Positions 36,422 through 46,949 of a DNA stretch of 64,000 nucleotides are shown in pieces. Origin of the DNA: an uncultured Desulfobacterales bacterium (GTDB lineage Bacteria; Desulfobacterota; Desulfobacteria; Desulfobacterales; C00003060). The stretch's first letter is position 1, and each line of letters begins with the position of its first letter. Below the pieces are notes generated by a model. That model did no database searches. It was given only the letters and a program-made list of their open reading frames with translations, and had not been told where the DNA came from. The stretch is from assembly GCA_964502365.1 (NCBI GenBank), contig CAZCWQ010000002.1, positions 5,557 to 69,556 of the forward strand, in the 5' to 3' direction. A program made the position numbers and the translations under genes.

Positions 36422-37453
36422 TCAGGTCGGCAGGTTTGTGACCCCCACAGTATTTCTAGGGATTCCTGGATCCGGAAAAACTCGCAGCTCCTCAAGATTG
36501 AATCGCTTCAGGAGACCTTTGATGTTGCCTTTTTTCTGCCCCATGAGCCTTGGGATGTCACTGGGATAAACCTTGAGCGCAACTCTTTTGGACAGCCCTT
36601 GTTGTGATTCAAGTTTCCGGACTGCAAGGTCAAAAAAAATAGCCGAATGGACCAGATGGCCGAAGGCAGGATGAAATGGCCCCCCCACAACATTGCCGGG
36701 CTCCAGCAGGCTTCCGGTGGCCTGGAGTCCCATGCGGATTATTGATATGCCTTGGGCCTGAAAAAATAGAAAGAGTCTTTTGGTTATCTCCACTGCCTCG
36801 GGCAGTGAAAGTGGTTTAAACCGACCTGAATTATACCACTTTTCAAGGGCCGTGTTTTTCACCACCACCGTGGGATAAATGCGGACAAAATCAGGCTTCA
36901 GTTTGGCCACACCCTGTCCGGTCTCGACGATCGACTGTGTGGTATCGCCTGGAAGACCCGGCATTATCTGTAGGCCAACCCTCAGGCCATGACTTTTCAA
37001 AACCTTGACAGCTTCTCTGGTGTGGTCTGCCGTGTGGCCACGTCGGCTGAGGGCAAGCACGGTGTCATCCATGGATTGGGCCCCTATTTCAACCACTCGA
37101 ACCTTATAGGGCGCCAGTGTATTGAGTGTGTTGTTACTGACGCTATCTGGTCGGGTGGAACAACGGATGCTCTTCACAAGACCCTTTTCCACAAATTTCT
37201 GGGCCTCGCTCAGAAGGGATGCTCTGTAAGAGTTAGGCAGTCCAAGAAAATTTCCCCCATAAAAGGCCACTTCAACTGCACCCCTGTGATTCCCCTTAAA
37301 GCCAAGGAATTCGGCTATCCGCTCCCGCGCTTGCCGCGGTGACACTCTTTGCTCCTTGAGGCCCGTAATCCGAACCTGATTACAAAACACACAACGGTGC
37401 GCACAGCCCACGTGGGGGATGAATAGAGGAATGATGAACGGCTTGGAATTCAT
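36422..37453 (-). CDS. Radical SAM protein, ELP3-like radical SAM domain without GNAT domain
   Basis: FIPHVGCAHRCVFCNQ carries the CxxxCxxC cluster motif, followed by an ELP3/HemN-like TIM-barrel pattern. The start is chosen at MNSKPF (37453), 25 nt after the rnc stop. Confidence 0.8.
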   Translation of the reverse strand: MNSKPFIIPLFIPHVGCAHRCVFCNQVRITGLKEQRVSPRQARERIAEFLGFKGNHRGAVEVAFYGGNFLGLPNSYRASLLSEAQKFVEKGLVKSIRCSTRPDSVSNNTLNTLAPYKVRVVEIGAQSMDDTVLALSRRGHTADHTREAVKVLKSHGLRVGLQIMPGLPGDTTQSIVETGQGVAKLKPDFVRIYPTVVVKNTALEKWYNSGRFKPLSLPEAVEITKRLFLFFQAQGISIIRMGLQATGSLLEPGNVVGGPFHPAFGHLVHSAIFFDLAVRKLESQQGLSKRVALKVYPSDIPRLMGQKKGNIKGLLKRFNLEELRVFPDPGIPRNTVGVTNLPT

Positions 37454-37478
37454 TTTTGTCAGGCAGGAGAATGAACAG

Positions 37479-38192
37479 TTATTTGAGCTCTTCTGCGTCC
37501 TGCTGGAGTTTTTCAAGTGCCACCTCGGCAGCGGCCTGTTCGGCTGTCTTTTTGCTCTTACCTGTCCCATAAGTCGTCAAAAAAGTGCCGACACTGAGGC
37601 AAACCTCAAAGGTCTTGTCATGGTCAGGACCCCTTTCGTCCACAACTCTATAATGAGGGATCGTCTTGAATTGACCCTGCACAAGCTCTTGAAGTTGGCT
37701 CTTGAAATCCTCTCCGGCCAGTATTTCCCTGACCTGCGGAATTATATCTGCAAACTGTCTTTCAATCACCTCAAAGGCCGCCTGGAAGCCCCCATCAAAG
37801 TACACGGCTGCAATAACCGCCTCAAGGGCATCAGCAAGGATCGAGCCTTTTTCTTCTCCGCGGCTCAGTGCCTCACCCCTTCCCAAGAGGAGATATTTGC
37901 CAATATTGAGCTTTTGTGCCACTACAGCCAGCTGCGACTCGTTGACAATGGCTGCCCTCATCCTTGACAGGCCCCCTTCGGGGATTTCAGGATAATCGTT
38001 CATCAAGATATGGCTGATTACCAGATCAAGAGCGGCATCTCCCAAGAATTCGAGGCGTTCGTTGTCATTTAGGGCGGGGTCTCGTTGCTCGTTCACATAG
38101 GAGCTATGCTGCACGGCTTCACGAAGCAGCCCGACGTCTTTGAAATGGTAATCAAGGGCGTCTTCCAAAGGCGAAAGGTCTTGTTCGCTCAT
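37479..38192 (-). CDS. rnc: Ribonuclease III
   Basis: It has the RNase III signature ERLEFLGDAALDL and a C-terminal dsRBD (GPDHDKTFEV...GTGKSKKTAEQAAA). Confidence 0.95.
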   Translation of the reverse strand: MSEQDLSPLEDALDYHFKDVGLLREAVQHSSYVNEQRDPALNDNERLEFLGDAALDLVISHILMNDYPEIPEGGLSRMRAAIVNESQLAVVAQKLNIGKYLLLGRGEALSRGEEKGSILADALEAVIAAVYFDGGFQAAFEVIERQFADIIPQVREILAGEDFKSQLQELVQGQFKTIPHYRVVDERGPDHDKTFEVCLSVGTFLTTYGTGKSKKTAEQAAAEVALEKLQQDAEELK

Positions 38193-39742
38193 GATTTGTT
38201 TTTCAGCCTTTCCAGGTTTTCCCTTGCAGATGTGATGCTTGGATCCAATTCCAGGGCCTTTTCATACATGGCAATTGCCTTCTCGACGTCACCCTTTTCC
38301 CGATAGTTGGTGCCAAGGCTGGCATAATCTATGGCAGAATGTGGATCTAGATCAACAGCTATCTTAAGGTTCTCAATAGCCTTGTCGTGGTACTTGAGTT
38401 GAAAGTAAGAAAATCCAAGGGCGTTGTAAATCTCTTTGACATCGCCGGCTATCTTCTTTGCCCTTTCCAACGGCAGGAGAGCTTCTTCATACTCGCCGAG
38501 GCTGTTGTGACACACCCCCATGTAGATGAGGATTCTGACCAAGTCCTCTTCCTGGGGTCGCGAATGCACGGCTTTTGAAAATTTCTTAAGGGCTGTTCGA
38601 TAATCTCCCTGTTCAAAAAAACAAAGCCCCATGTAAAAGTGGAAAAAGTCCTGGTCGGCGTACGAAAGTTCAGCCCTTTCAAAGGCTTCAATTGCCTGAT
38701 CATGGCGACCAGTCTTTGTGTGACACAGCCCGATTCGGAAATATATTGAGCCTGCTTCTTCAGCTGGAGAGAGGTTTAAAGATTTTCTGTAGCTTTCTAT
38801 GGCTTGAACATATCTCTCCGCTTCCTGGTGCAAGGTTCCAAAACGATATAACAAGGCTCCGATCTCATGTGCCGTAGTTTTTGGCAAGGGCAAATCTGAA
38901 AAGGGTTCAACCGCCCGTTCCCTGCACCCGAGACAGTCTCTTTTCGACTTGCCTTGCCCATGGTAAGGAGCCATTAGAGAATCCACATCATTGAGCTTGT
39001 CATAAATATTTGCCGAGCTCTGGTTCTTAAGAAATGCATCCAGGCAGCTATAGACCATGCCGTCGTGAGCCGAGATAACAAGGGCACCAGGGCATGGGTC
39101 GGTGAGCAATACAGTCTCGGATTCCAGCCTGGCTGAGGAATCTTCAAGGAGATCTTGACAATACAGGTCGCAAACGATCTCGGCTGGGCCCATGGAGTTG
39201 CCGTGGCCGTAATATACCTTTTCCGTCTTGGCCAGTAGATCTTCATCTTGTGCCAGAAAGAAGGTGTCTCTGTCCAGGAAGAGACTGGGCATTAAGAAGG
39301 CGCTCTTGAGCATGTCCAAAAGGCCTATGAGCGACGAGGGTTCATCTAGGCTGTCCGGGACAATAAGCGGGAGCAACATGAGTCTCGGGACCTCCTGGTG
39401 CATGTAGCCCTCATGGTCAAACTCGCCTGCTGTCCGCTTCCAAGGCTGGTAATAGTACCGGTAGTAATAGTCTACGTCTTTCATGGTCTTGACTGGGGCA
39501 CGATGGACAAAATGAACATAGAACCGAGCAAAGAGGTTCTCCCTGAGAAACTCCCTGACAGCCTTTTGGACACTTTCCACCTGCGACATGCCCTCGGGGA
39601 GATCTTTGGCAACAAGATATAGATTCGATGTCAGATTCACGTGTGAGAACAGGCCCGACAGAGTCCGGCAAAGCACCTGAAGTTGCTCTTTTCCCTGTGT
39701 GCCCAGTATCACGTATATCTTTTCCAAAACCGGATTTTTCAT
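38189..39742 (-). CDS. Protein with an unrecognised about 300-aa N-terminal domain and C-terminal TPR repeats
   Basis: The C-terminal half has at least 5 TPR-like repeats (YVQAIESYRKSL, HDQAIEAFERA, YRTALKKFSKAV, YEEALLPLERAK, HDKAIENLKIAV, VEKAIAMYEKAL). The stop overlaps the rnc start (ATGA). Confidence 0.7.
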   Translation of the reverse strand: MKNPVLEKIYVILGTQGKEQLQVLCRTLSGLFSHVNLTSNLYLVAKDLPEGMSQVESVQKAVREFLRENLFARFYVHFVHRAPVKTMKDVDYYYRYYYQPWKRTAGEFDHEGYMHQEVPRLMLLPLIVPDSLDEPSSLIGLLDMLKSAFLMPSLFLDRDTFFLAQDEDLLAKTEKVYYGHGNSMGPAEIVCDLYCQDLLEDSSARLESETVLLTDPCPGALVISAHDGMVYSCLDAFLKNQSSANIYDKLNDVDSLMAPYHGQGKSKRDCLGCRERAVEPFSDLPLPKTTAHEIGALLYRFGTLHQEAERYVQAIESYRKSLNLSPAEEAGSIYFRIGLCHTKTGRHDQAIEAFERAELSYADQDFFHFYMGLCFFEQGDYRTALKKFSKAVHSRPQEEDLVRILIYMGVCHNSLGEYEEALLPLERAKKIAGDVKEIYNALGFSYFQLKYHDKAIENLKIAVDLDPHSAIDYASLGTNYREKGDVEKAIAMYEKALELDPSITSARENLERLKNKS

Positions 39743-39772
39743 TGCTTCTTATACATTACCGGCTCAACCGAT

Positions 39773-41056
39773 TCACGAGACGATCCGTCTTCCCCTATCA
39801 AGGGAATGGGCCCGCCAAAGGTCCTGGACCTTTTTTATCTCGCTGTGTGTCATATGATACGTTTCGTACTGAGACCCAATGGAAAGATAGGCCGGCCGCT
39901 TGGTATTCAACAGCCGTATATTGTAATCCTCGTAATGTCGGGCTATGTGTGTCCCAAAATAGATCTGCATCTGCTGGGAGTTCGTGTTGCCCATAATCTT
40001 GACCTTGTTCTTTTTCACAAACTCCAGTGTCTTCATTGCATCCTCAAAGGTTTCGTATGGCAGCCCGAATATGGTGAAAAGCTCCACTTCTATCCCCTCA
40101 CCCTGGGCAAGCCTGATCGCCTCAGCCACCTTTTCAGTGGACACATGCTTGTCCAGCTTAGGCAACACCTGTTCTGAAGCCGATTCCAATCCAAAGGCAA
40201 TGGTGCTCACACCTGCCTGTTTCATCATTTTCATCATCTCCGGGTTCACCAAGTCCGCGCGGGTCTGCAACCACATTTCAGCCCCAAGACCCTCCGTCAA
40301 AATCCTGTCAAGCAGGTCTTGAACCCGTGCCCACCTGAAGGAAATGTTCGGATCGGCAAACCAGAGCCTCCGCACTCCCTTCCTTCTAATCCATTTAATT
40401 TCCTCAATAACCCTGTCCACGGAATGGAACCCTATTTTGTGGTTGAAAGCACGGGGGGTATAACAAAATATACAATTGTGAGGGCATCCCCGAGACGTAA
40501 GCATGATGGCTTCTTTCATCGTAGGATAGTCAAACACGTCATTCAGGTAAGGAGAGGGATAGTCATCCAGATCCTCAAAGCCCTCTAGGCCACTTGTGTC
40601 AACAACAGCGTTATTGCCGTCCCTGTAAGTGACTCCTGAAAGGTTTGAAAAAGGTGTGCCGTTTTCAATGGCCCGTGCAATACCCAGAAGTGTCACCTCG
40701 CCCGAGGATCGGCAGATGTAGTCGATGTCAGGCATCTCAACAAAGGCATCCGAGGGCATAAAGGTGGCCTGGGGTCCCCCAATGGCGATCCTAATGGTGC
40801 TATCTACAGACTTTACTAACCTTGCAAGCCCTATCACGTAGAGCATGGTTCTCTGGTAGGCCGAAAGTCCCACCAAGGCGGGTTGAAAGCTGGTAATGAG
40901 TTCGTACAGACCGGCACGGGAGGCAGATGTGTCCTCTCCGAGAGTCAATATCTTCACACTAAACCCCCTGGATTTGAGGAAGGACGCAATATATCCCAGG
41001 GAAATCGGCGGTGAGACTGGAGCAAATGGGTTTATTTCGATCAGCAAAATGTTCAC
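39773..41056 (-). CDS. B12-binding domain radical SAM protein (class B radical SAM)
   Basis: The N-terminal cobalamin-binding-like Rossmann segment (MNILLIEINPF...ISLGYIASFLKSRGFSVKIL) is followed by SRGCPHNCIFCYTP (CxxxCxxC). Confidence 0.85.
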   Translation of the reverse strand: MNILLIEINPFAPVSPPISLGYIASFLKSRGFSVKILTLGEDTSASRAGLYELITSFQPALVGLSAYQRTMLYVIGLARLVKSVDSTIRIAIGGPQATFMPSDAFVEMPDIDYICRSSGEVTLLGIARAIENGTPFSNLSGVTYRDGNNAVVDTSGLEGFEDLDDYPSPYLNDVFDYPTMKEAIMLTSRGCPHNCIFCYTPRAFNHKIGFHSVDRVIEEIKWIRRKGVRRLWFADPNISFRWARVQDLLDRILTEGLGAEMWLQTRADLVNPEMMKMMKQAGVSTIAFGLESASEQVLPKLDKHVSTEKVAEAIRLAQGEGIEVELFTIFGLPYETFEDAMKTLEFVKKNKVKIMGNTNSQQMQIYFGTHIARHYEDYNIRLLNTKRPAYLSIGSQYETYHMTHSEIKKVQDLWRAHSLDRGRRIVS

Positions 41057-41208
41057 GGCAATCGAGTATATAGGGAACAGGGCGGTGAGAGGTCAAGGAA
41101 AAACAAGTTATTATATCACTTCGCGATTTTAGGTTGCCTTGAAGCGACAAGATATAATAAACACAAGATGGCGGAACGATAGAATAACGCGTCAAATGAG
41201 CACCTTGT

Positions 41209-42756
41209 ATGGATGATCTCAATTATATCCTGATATTTCTGATTGGCGGCGTTGTCGGCGGTCTCATTGCATGGCTGGTGGCAAGATCAAGGATCGGTGC
41301 ACAGTGGTCAAGGGCTATCGCCAAAAACAACGAGGAGACTGCGCGACTGCAAGAAGTCATACGCAGCAACGAAAAAGAGCTTCAGGAAAAAAGCCGCGTG
41401 CTTACCGATTTGCGAGAGGAGCTGAGCCGTGCCGAAGCAAGCATACTGGAGATATCTGAAGAGCGCTCTGCCGCCAAGGCCAAGCTTGAACAGATGGACG
41501 AAGTGCGGCAGGCCCTTGAAGAAAGGACGGGAGAGGTAAAACATCTCACAGCATCCATCACGGAGTTGAAAGAAAAACAGGCCCAGCTGGAAACCATTAT
41601 ACAAAAAGAGCGCACGGCGGCCGAGGAAAAGTTACAATTGCTTGAAAACGCGAAGGAAAAACTGACAGACACCTTTCAGGCCATCTCGGCCACCGCATTG
41701 AGAAACAGCCACGAATCCTTTCTTGAACTGGCCAAGGCGACTTTGGCCAATTACCAGGAAGACGCCAAGAGGGATTTGGAGTTGCGTCAAAGGGAGGTTG
41801 AACAAATTGTCGAGCCGATAAAGGAATCATTGGGAAAATATGACAGACAGGTTCAGGAAATGGAGAGGATCAGGGAGAAGGCTTACGGAGGCCTGTCACA
41901 ACAAGTGAAGTCCCTCGCAGCCACTCAGCAGGAACTCCACAAAGAGACTGCCAATCTTGTCAAGGCACTCAGGACTCCTCATGTGCGGGGCAGATGGGGG
42001 GAAATCACGCTTAGAAGGGTGGCTGAGCTGGCTGGGATGTTGAACTACTGCGATTTTTTTGAACAAGAGACCAGAGATACGGACCAGGGCCGGTTGCGAC
42101 CCGACATGATTGTAAGGCTTCCTAATGAAAAACAGATTGTGGTCGATTCCAAGGCGTCACTTCTTGCCTACCTGGAAGCCCTGGAAGCCCAAACAGAGGA
42201 GGAAAGGACCAAGAAGCTTATCCTCCACTCCAAACAAATACAGACCCACATGAACAAGCTCGCGCAAAAGACTTACTGGGAACAGTTCCAGCCCACACCC
42301 GAATTTGTGGTCCTCTTCATACCCGGGGAAAGCTTCTTCAGCTCAGCATTGGAATACAATCCAGGCCTCATCGAAGAGGGCGTAAGCAAAGGTGTTATAC
42401 TGGCCACGCCGACAACCCTTATATCTTTGCTAAAGGCAGTATCCTTTGGGTGGCGACAAGAAACAATGGCACAGAACGCCAGAATCATCGGTAACCTGGG
42501 CAAAGAACTGTACGAAAGAATCACCACCATGGCAGAACATCTCGACAAACTTGGCACAAATATCGCCAAATGTGTGTCAACCTATAATCAGGTCATAGGC
42601 TCTTTTGAACGCCGGGTATTGGCCTCGGCAAGAAAATTTGGCGAACTCGGCATTGCCAAGAAAAACGGGGCAAAAATTGAGCATATAACCCCCATCGAAA
42701 AGACAACCCGCCAAATCAACCATATCGGATCCGATGAACGTAATGGCAACACCTAA
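41209..42756 (+). CDS. rmuC: DNA recombination protein RmuC
   Basis: It has an N-terminal TM segment, a long coiled coil and the RmuC nuclease-like C-terminal domain (RGRWGEITLRRVAELAGM...PDMIVRLPNEKQIVVDSK). Confidence 0.9.
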   Translation: MDDLNYILIFLIGGVVGGLIAWLVARSRIGAQWSRAIAKNNEETARLQEVIRSNEKELQEKSRVLTDLREELSRAEASILEISEERSAAKAKLEQMDEVRQALEERTGEVKHLTASITELKEKQAQLETIIQKERTAAEEKLQLLENAKEKLTDTFQAISATALRNSHESFLELAKATLANYQEDAKRDLELRQREVEQIVEPIKESLGKYDRQVQEMERIREKAYGGLSQQVKSLAATQQELHKETANLVKALRTPHVRGRWGEITLRRVAELAGMLNYCDFFEQETRDTDQGRLRPDMIVRLPNEKQIVVDSKASLLAYLEALEAQTEEERTKKLILHSKQIQTHMNKLAQKTYWEQFQPTPEFVVLFIPGESFFSSALEYNPGLIEEGVSKGVILATPTTLISLLKAVSFGWRQETMAQNARIIGNLGKELYERITTMAEHLDKLGTNIAKCVSTYNQVIGSFERRVLASARKFGELGIAKKNGAKIEHITPIEKTTRQINHIGSDERNGNT

Positions 42757-42833
42757 CCCGGATCGGGATTATTGACTCGATATCATGGGTATAGTATTGG
42801 GTTGACATCGAAAAAAAGTCACCGTTCCGGAGA

Positions 42834-44207
42834 GTGATCATATTGAGGATTGTCATTGTTGGCGCAGGCGAGGTTGGTTACCACATTGCTAGCCGTCTGG
42901 CCCTTGAGAAAAAAGATGTGGTAGTTGTCGACAATGATCCCGAGGCATTGAACCGGGTCTTTGACAATCTGGATGTGCAGGCTGTTCAAGGTTGTGGAAG
43001 TAGTCCGGTCGTCCTTGAAGAAGCAGGCATAAGCGAGGCTGATATCCTGCTGGCAGTAACTGATAGCGACGAGACCAATCTGGTGGCAGCCCTTTTCGCC
43101 AATATCCTGTCGCCTGGCACTATCAAGCTGGCCCGTATCCGAAGCGAAGACTATCTTCTTCATCAGAATGTTCTAAAACAAGAGCCTTATCGTATCGACG
43201 TAATCATCAGCCCGGAAGCCGAAGCGGTCAAAACCCTTGAAAGGCTCCTTCGTGTCCCCGGCGCAGTGGATGCGGGTGAATTTGGCGAGGGTCGGGTCAA
43301 GGTCATTGGCGTGCGTCTGGACACAAGTTGCCCTGTAACCGGGACAAGGCTGGTTGATTTTAGAAAGAAGACGGGTGACAAGAAGATCCTCGTTGCAGCC
43401 ATTATCAGAGATGAAGGGCTCATTATCCCCTCGGGCGAGGACCAACTCCAAGAAGGAGATATGGTCTATTTTGTCTCAGAAGAAAAAGATCTGAAGGCGG
43501 CCTTAGAAATCTTTGGCAAAAGTTCTGAACCCTTCAACCGCGTTCTCCTTGTTGGAGGCGGCAATCTCGGCCTCAAGCTAGCCAAAACCCTTGAAGGATA
43601 CTCCATCCATACAAAGCTCGTTGAGAAAGATTCAGATCGATGCCGACAGTTGGCGGAACACCTTGATAGGGTTGTGGTGCTCCATGGGGATGGCTCTGAC
43701 CAGCGGCTTCTTCAGGAAGAAAACGTCCAGCATATGGACGTGGTGGCAACACTCACGGGCGACGAGGAAACGAACGTCCTCACGTCCCTTCTCGCTAAAC
43801 GTATGGGTGCCCAGAAGACCGTGACCCGTATCAACAAGTTCAGCTATTTCCCTCTGGTTTCTGCCATTGGGCTTGACCACATCGTCAGCTCGAGGCTTGC
43901 TGCCATCAACACCATACTGCAGTATGTTCGGCGGGGCAGAGTTTTGTCTGCCATGACCCTCAAGTGGGAAGAAGCTGAAGTCCTGGAAGCTGTTGCCATG
44001 GAAACCTCTGATATTGTGGGAAAACCTCTCCGACAAATTTCTTTTCCCAAAGGCGCATTGGTTGTAGCCATCATGCGCGAAGTCGAGGTGATCATTCCTA
44101 CAGGTGACAGTGTTATCCTGCCAGAAGATCGCATAATCATCCTTTCCACACGTCAGGGCATTCCTCAAGTGGAAAAGGCCCTCATGGTCAAGTTGGAGCA
44201 CTTCTAG
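42834..44207 (+). CDS. trkA: Trk system potassium uptake protein TrkA (two NAD-binding plus two TrkA-C domains)
   Basis: It has IVGAGEVG and GGGNLG Rossmann motifs in a tandem architecture. A GTG start is used. Confidence 0.9.
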   Translation: MIILRIVIVGAGEVGYHIASRLALEKKDVVVVDNDPEALNRVFDNLDVQAVQGCGSSPVVLEEAGISEADILLAVTDSDETNLVAALFANILSPGTIKLARIRSEDYLLHQNVLKQEPYRIDVIISPEAEAVKTLERLLRVPGAVDAGEFGEGRVKVIGVRLDTSCPVTGTRLVDFRKKTGDKKILVAAIIRDEGLIIPSGEDQLQEGDMVYFVSEEKDLKAALEIFGKSSEPFNRVLLVGGGNLGLKLAKTLEGYSIHTKLVEKDSDRCRQLAEHLDRVVVLHGDGSDQRLLQEENVQHMDVVATLTGDEETNVLTSLLAKRMGAQKTVTRINKFSYFPLVSAIGLDHIVSSRLAAINTILQYVRRGRVLSAMTLKWEEAEVLEAVAMETSDIVGKPLRQISFPKGALVVAIMREVEVIIPTGDSVILPEDRIIILSTRQGIPQVEKALMVKLEHF

Positions 44208-45656
44208 ATGAGGCTTTTGTATACACTCCATCTGGTTGGGCTATTGACCATTTTTCTTGGCCTCACCATGGTCTTTCCCCTTCTTTTTGGCCTCTACTAC
44301 CAAGACGAAAGTGTGATGCCTCTGTTGAAATCAATAGGGGTCACTATTGGAAGTGGTTTAGTGCTCTACTTTCTTTTCGGAAGCACCAAAGGCGAGACGA
44401 TGAGCCATCGGGAGGGAATGGGAATAGTGGCAATTGGGTGGACAGCCGCAGGCCTTTTCGGAGCGCTGCCCTATTATTGGGGAGGCATGTTCAACAGCTT
44501 TTCCGATGCATTGTTTGAATCCCTTTCAGGTTTTACCACAACAGGTGCTTCGGTCTTGAGTTCCATAGAGATAGTTCCTCGTGGATTTCTCTTCTGGAGG
44601 AGCTTGACCCACTGGTTGGGTGGTATGGGCATTATTGTCCTTTCCTTGGCTATTTTGCCCTTTCTCGGCATCGGAGGCATGCAGTTGTATAAGGCAGAGG
44701 TGCCTGGACCGGTACCTGACAAATTGAAGCCCCGCATCAGAGATACGGCCATGGTCTTGTGGAAGGTCTATGTGCTTTTCTCTATAGCGGAAACCCTGTT
44801 ACTGATGTTGGGGGGCATGGACTTGTTTGAGGCTCTCTGCCACACATTCGGGACCATGGCCACAGGAGGATACTCCACTCGCAACGCCTCCATTGGAGCC
44901 TATCAAAGTCCATACATAGACGCTGTCATCATACTCTTTATGGTTTTTGCAGGAATCAACTTTTCCCTACACTATCAGTTCTTGAAGGGAGAACCACTGG
45001 CGTTCTGGCGTAATTCAGAGTTTCGTTTTTTCATAGGCATAGTGGCAGTCTTTTGCCTCACAGTCACTTTCAACATCTATCACACGGTATATGAAAAGCT
45101 TTTCCAGGCTATAGAGTTTGGACTCTTTCAGGTGATCTCTATCATTACCACTACTGGATACACGACAGCCGATTACGAAATATGGCCTTCTCTTTCGCAA
45201 ACTATCTTGCTGTTTTGCATGTTTCTTGGGGCCTCAGCCGGCTCCACCGGTGGCGGCATGAAGTGTCTGCGCATTATGCTGCTATTGAAGCATTCGAACA
45301 AACAGCTCTTTGCCCTGATTCACCCCCATGCGGTGACACAGGTCAAATTGGGGGGCCGCCCCATCTCGGACGAGGTCCTCCACAGCATATGGGGATATTT
45401 CATGCTTTACTTGGGCCTCTTTATCCTCTGCTCATTTCTCCTGGCTGCCATGGGTCTCGATATGGTCACGTCGTTTGCGGCTGTTGCTGCCACGATTGGG
45501 AACATCGGACCGGGCCTTGGGCTCGTGGGACCTACGGACAATTATGCCCATATACCGGTACTGGGCAAATGGCTGCTCATCATGTCTATGCTCCTGGGGC
45601 GACTGGAAATCTATACGGTCCTAGTACTATTCGTCCCGGAATTTTGGCGTAAGTGA
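44208..45656 (+). CDS. trkH: Trk system potassium uptake protein TrkH
   Basis: 482 aa polytopic membrane protein with repeated TrkH selectivity-filter-like motifs (TTTGAS, ATGGYS, TTTGYT, STGGGM). It starts directly after the trkA stop. Confidence 0.9.
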   Translation: MRLLYTLHLVGLLTIFLGLTMVFPLLFGLYYQDESVMPLLKSIGVTIGSGLVLYFLFGSTKGETMSHREGMGIVAIGWTAAGLFGALPYYWGGMFNSFSDALFESLSGFTTTGASVLSSIEIVPRGFLFWRSLTHWLGGMGIIVLSLAILPFLGIGGMQLYKAEVPGPVPDKLKPRIRDTAMVLWKVYVLFSIAETLLLMLGGMDLFEALCHTFGTMATGGYSTRNASIGAYQSPYIDAVIILFMVFAGINFSLHYQFLKGEPLAFWRNSEFRFFIGIVAVFCLTVTFNIYHTVYEKLFQAIEFGLFQVISIITTTGYTTADYEIWPSLSQTILLFCMFLGASAGSTGGGMKCLRIMLLLKHSNKQLFALIHPHAVTQVKLGGRPISDEVLHSIWGYFMLYLGLFILCSFLLAAMGLDMVTSFAAVAATIGNIGPGLGLVGPTDNYAHIPVLGKWLLIMSMLLGRLEIYTVLVLFVPEFWRK

Positions 45657-45677
45657 GTCTATGATGGAATTGGCACG

Positions 45678-46937
45678 ATGATCAAACTGGTAAAAGGTTT
45701 TAAGGATATCATGCCCCAAGAAACCGGGCTCTGGCAATATGTGGAGGCGCTTGTGCGTGAGATTTTTGACGACTTTGCTTTTGTGGAACTGCGAACCCCC
45801 ATAGTCGAGCAGACCGAGCTTTTTGCCCGCAGTATCGGTGCTGAGACGGATATTGTCGAAAAGGAGATGTACAGCTTTGCCGATCGAAGCGGCACCTCTC
45901 TCACCCTTCGCCCAGAGGCCACGGCCTCCGTCGTGAGAGCATATATCGAGCACAAGTTGTATGCAAAGGACCCTGTATGGAAGCTATATACGATCGGGCC
46001 GATGTTCCGCAGGGAGCGCCCGCAAAAAGGTCGGTACCGGCAGTTTTACCAAATCAATGCCGAGGTCTTTGGCCTACACGATCCCAGAGCAGATGCCGAA
46101 CTGATCCTGCTGTTGATGACCTTCATGGGCCGCCTTGAGCTTTCTGGGATCGTGCTCCACATCAACTCGCTGGGCTGCCCGGTGTGCCGCCCACAGTTTA
46201 AGGAGGACCTAAAATCCTTCTTGGCAAAGCGCTCCGCACAACTCTGTTCGGACTGCCTCAGAAGACGCGATCGAAACCCCCTGCGGATATTCGACTGCAA
46301 GGTGCCGGCCTGCAAGGAAACCGTGCTGGATGCACCATCTATACTAGACCACCTCTGTGAGGAGTGTCGGAGCCATTTTGACACGGTTAAAAGGGCACTG
46401 GAACGGTTTGGCATATCCTTCGAGACAAACCACCGTCTTGTGAGGGGGTTGGATTACTACACCCGAACGACTTTCGAAGTCCTTGCCGGCGCATTAGGGG
46501 CCCAAGACGCTGTGGCAGGTGGCGGACGATATGACGGTCTGGTAAAAGCCTTGGGCGGGCCGGATGAACCCGGCGTGGGCTTTGCAGTGGGTGTTGACCG
46601 ATTAATGGAGCTTTTAGCCGGCCAGTGGCAACGTTTTGAAAAGCGGCCGGACCTCTTCATTGCCGCTCTGGGCCCAAAGGCTCAGGACAGGGCATTCCAG
46701 TGGACACAGGAGTTCAGAATGCGACAGGTCTGCACGGAGATGGACTTTCAAGACCGCAGCCTTAAAGCTCAAATGCGACGGGCAAATAAACTTGGGGTAA
46801 CTCATGTCCTGATAGTCGGTGACCGCGAACTTGAAGATGGGGCTGTGGTACTCAGGAACCTTAAGACCAAAAAACAAGAGCAAGTCCCCTTAGAAGATCT
46901 TTTGACGGTTGTGGTCAATAAGACAAAAAGTCTATGA
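45678..46937 (+). CDS. hisS: Histidine--tRNA ligase
   Basis: It has class II aaRS motifs (MFRRERPQKGRYRQFYQ, GGGRYDGL) and the anticodon-binding C-terminus. Confidence 0.95.
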   Translation: MIKLVKGFKDIMPQETGLWQYVEALVREIFDDFAFVELRTPIVEQTELFARSIGAETDIVEKEMYSFADRSGTSLTLRPEATASVVRAYIEHKLYAKDPVWKLYTIGPMFRRERPQKGRYRQFYQINAEVFGLHDPRADAELILLLMTFMGRLELSGIVLHINSLGCPVCRPQFKEDLKSFLAKRSAQLCSDCLRRRDRNPLRIFDCKVPACKETVLDAPSILDHLCEECRSHFDTVKRALERFGISFETNHRLVRGLDYYTRTTFEVLAGALGAQDAVAGGGRYDGLVKALGGPDEPGVGFAVGVDRLMELLAGQWQRFEKRPDLFIAALGPKAQDRAFQWTQEFRMRQVCTEMDFQDRSLKAQMRRANKLGVTHVLIVGDRELEDGAVVLRNLKTKKQEQVPLEDLLTVVVNKTKSL

Positions 46938-46949
46938 AAGGAGCCGACC

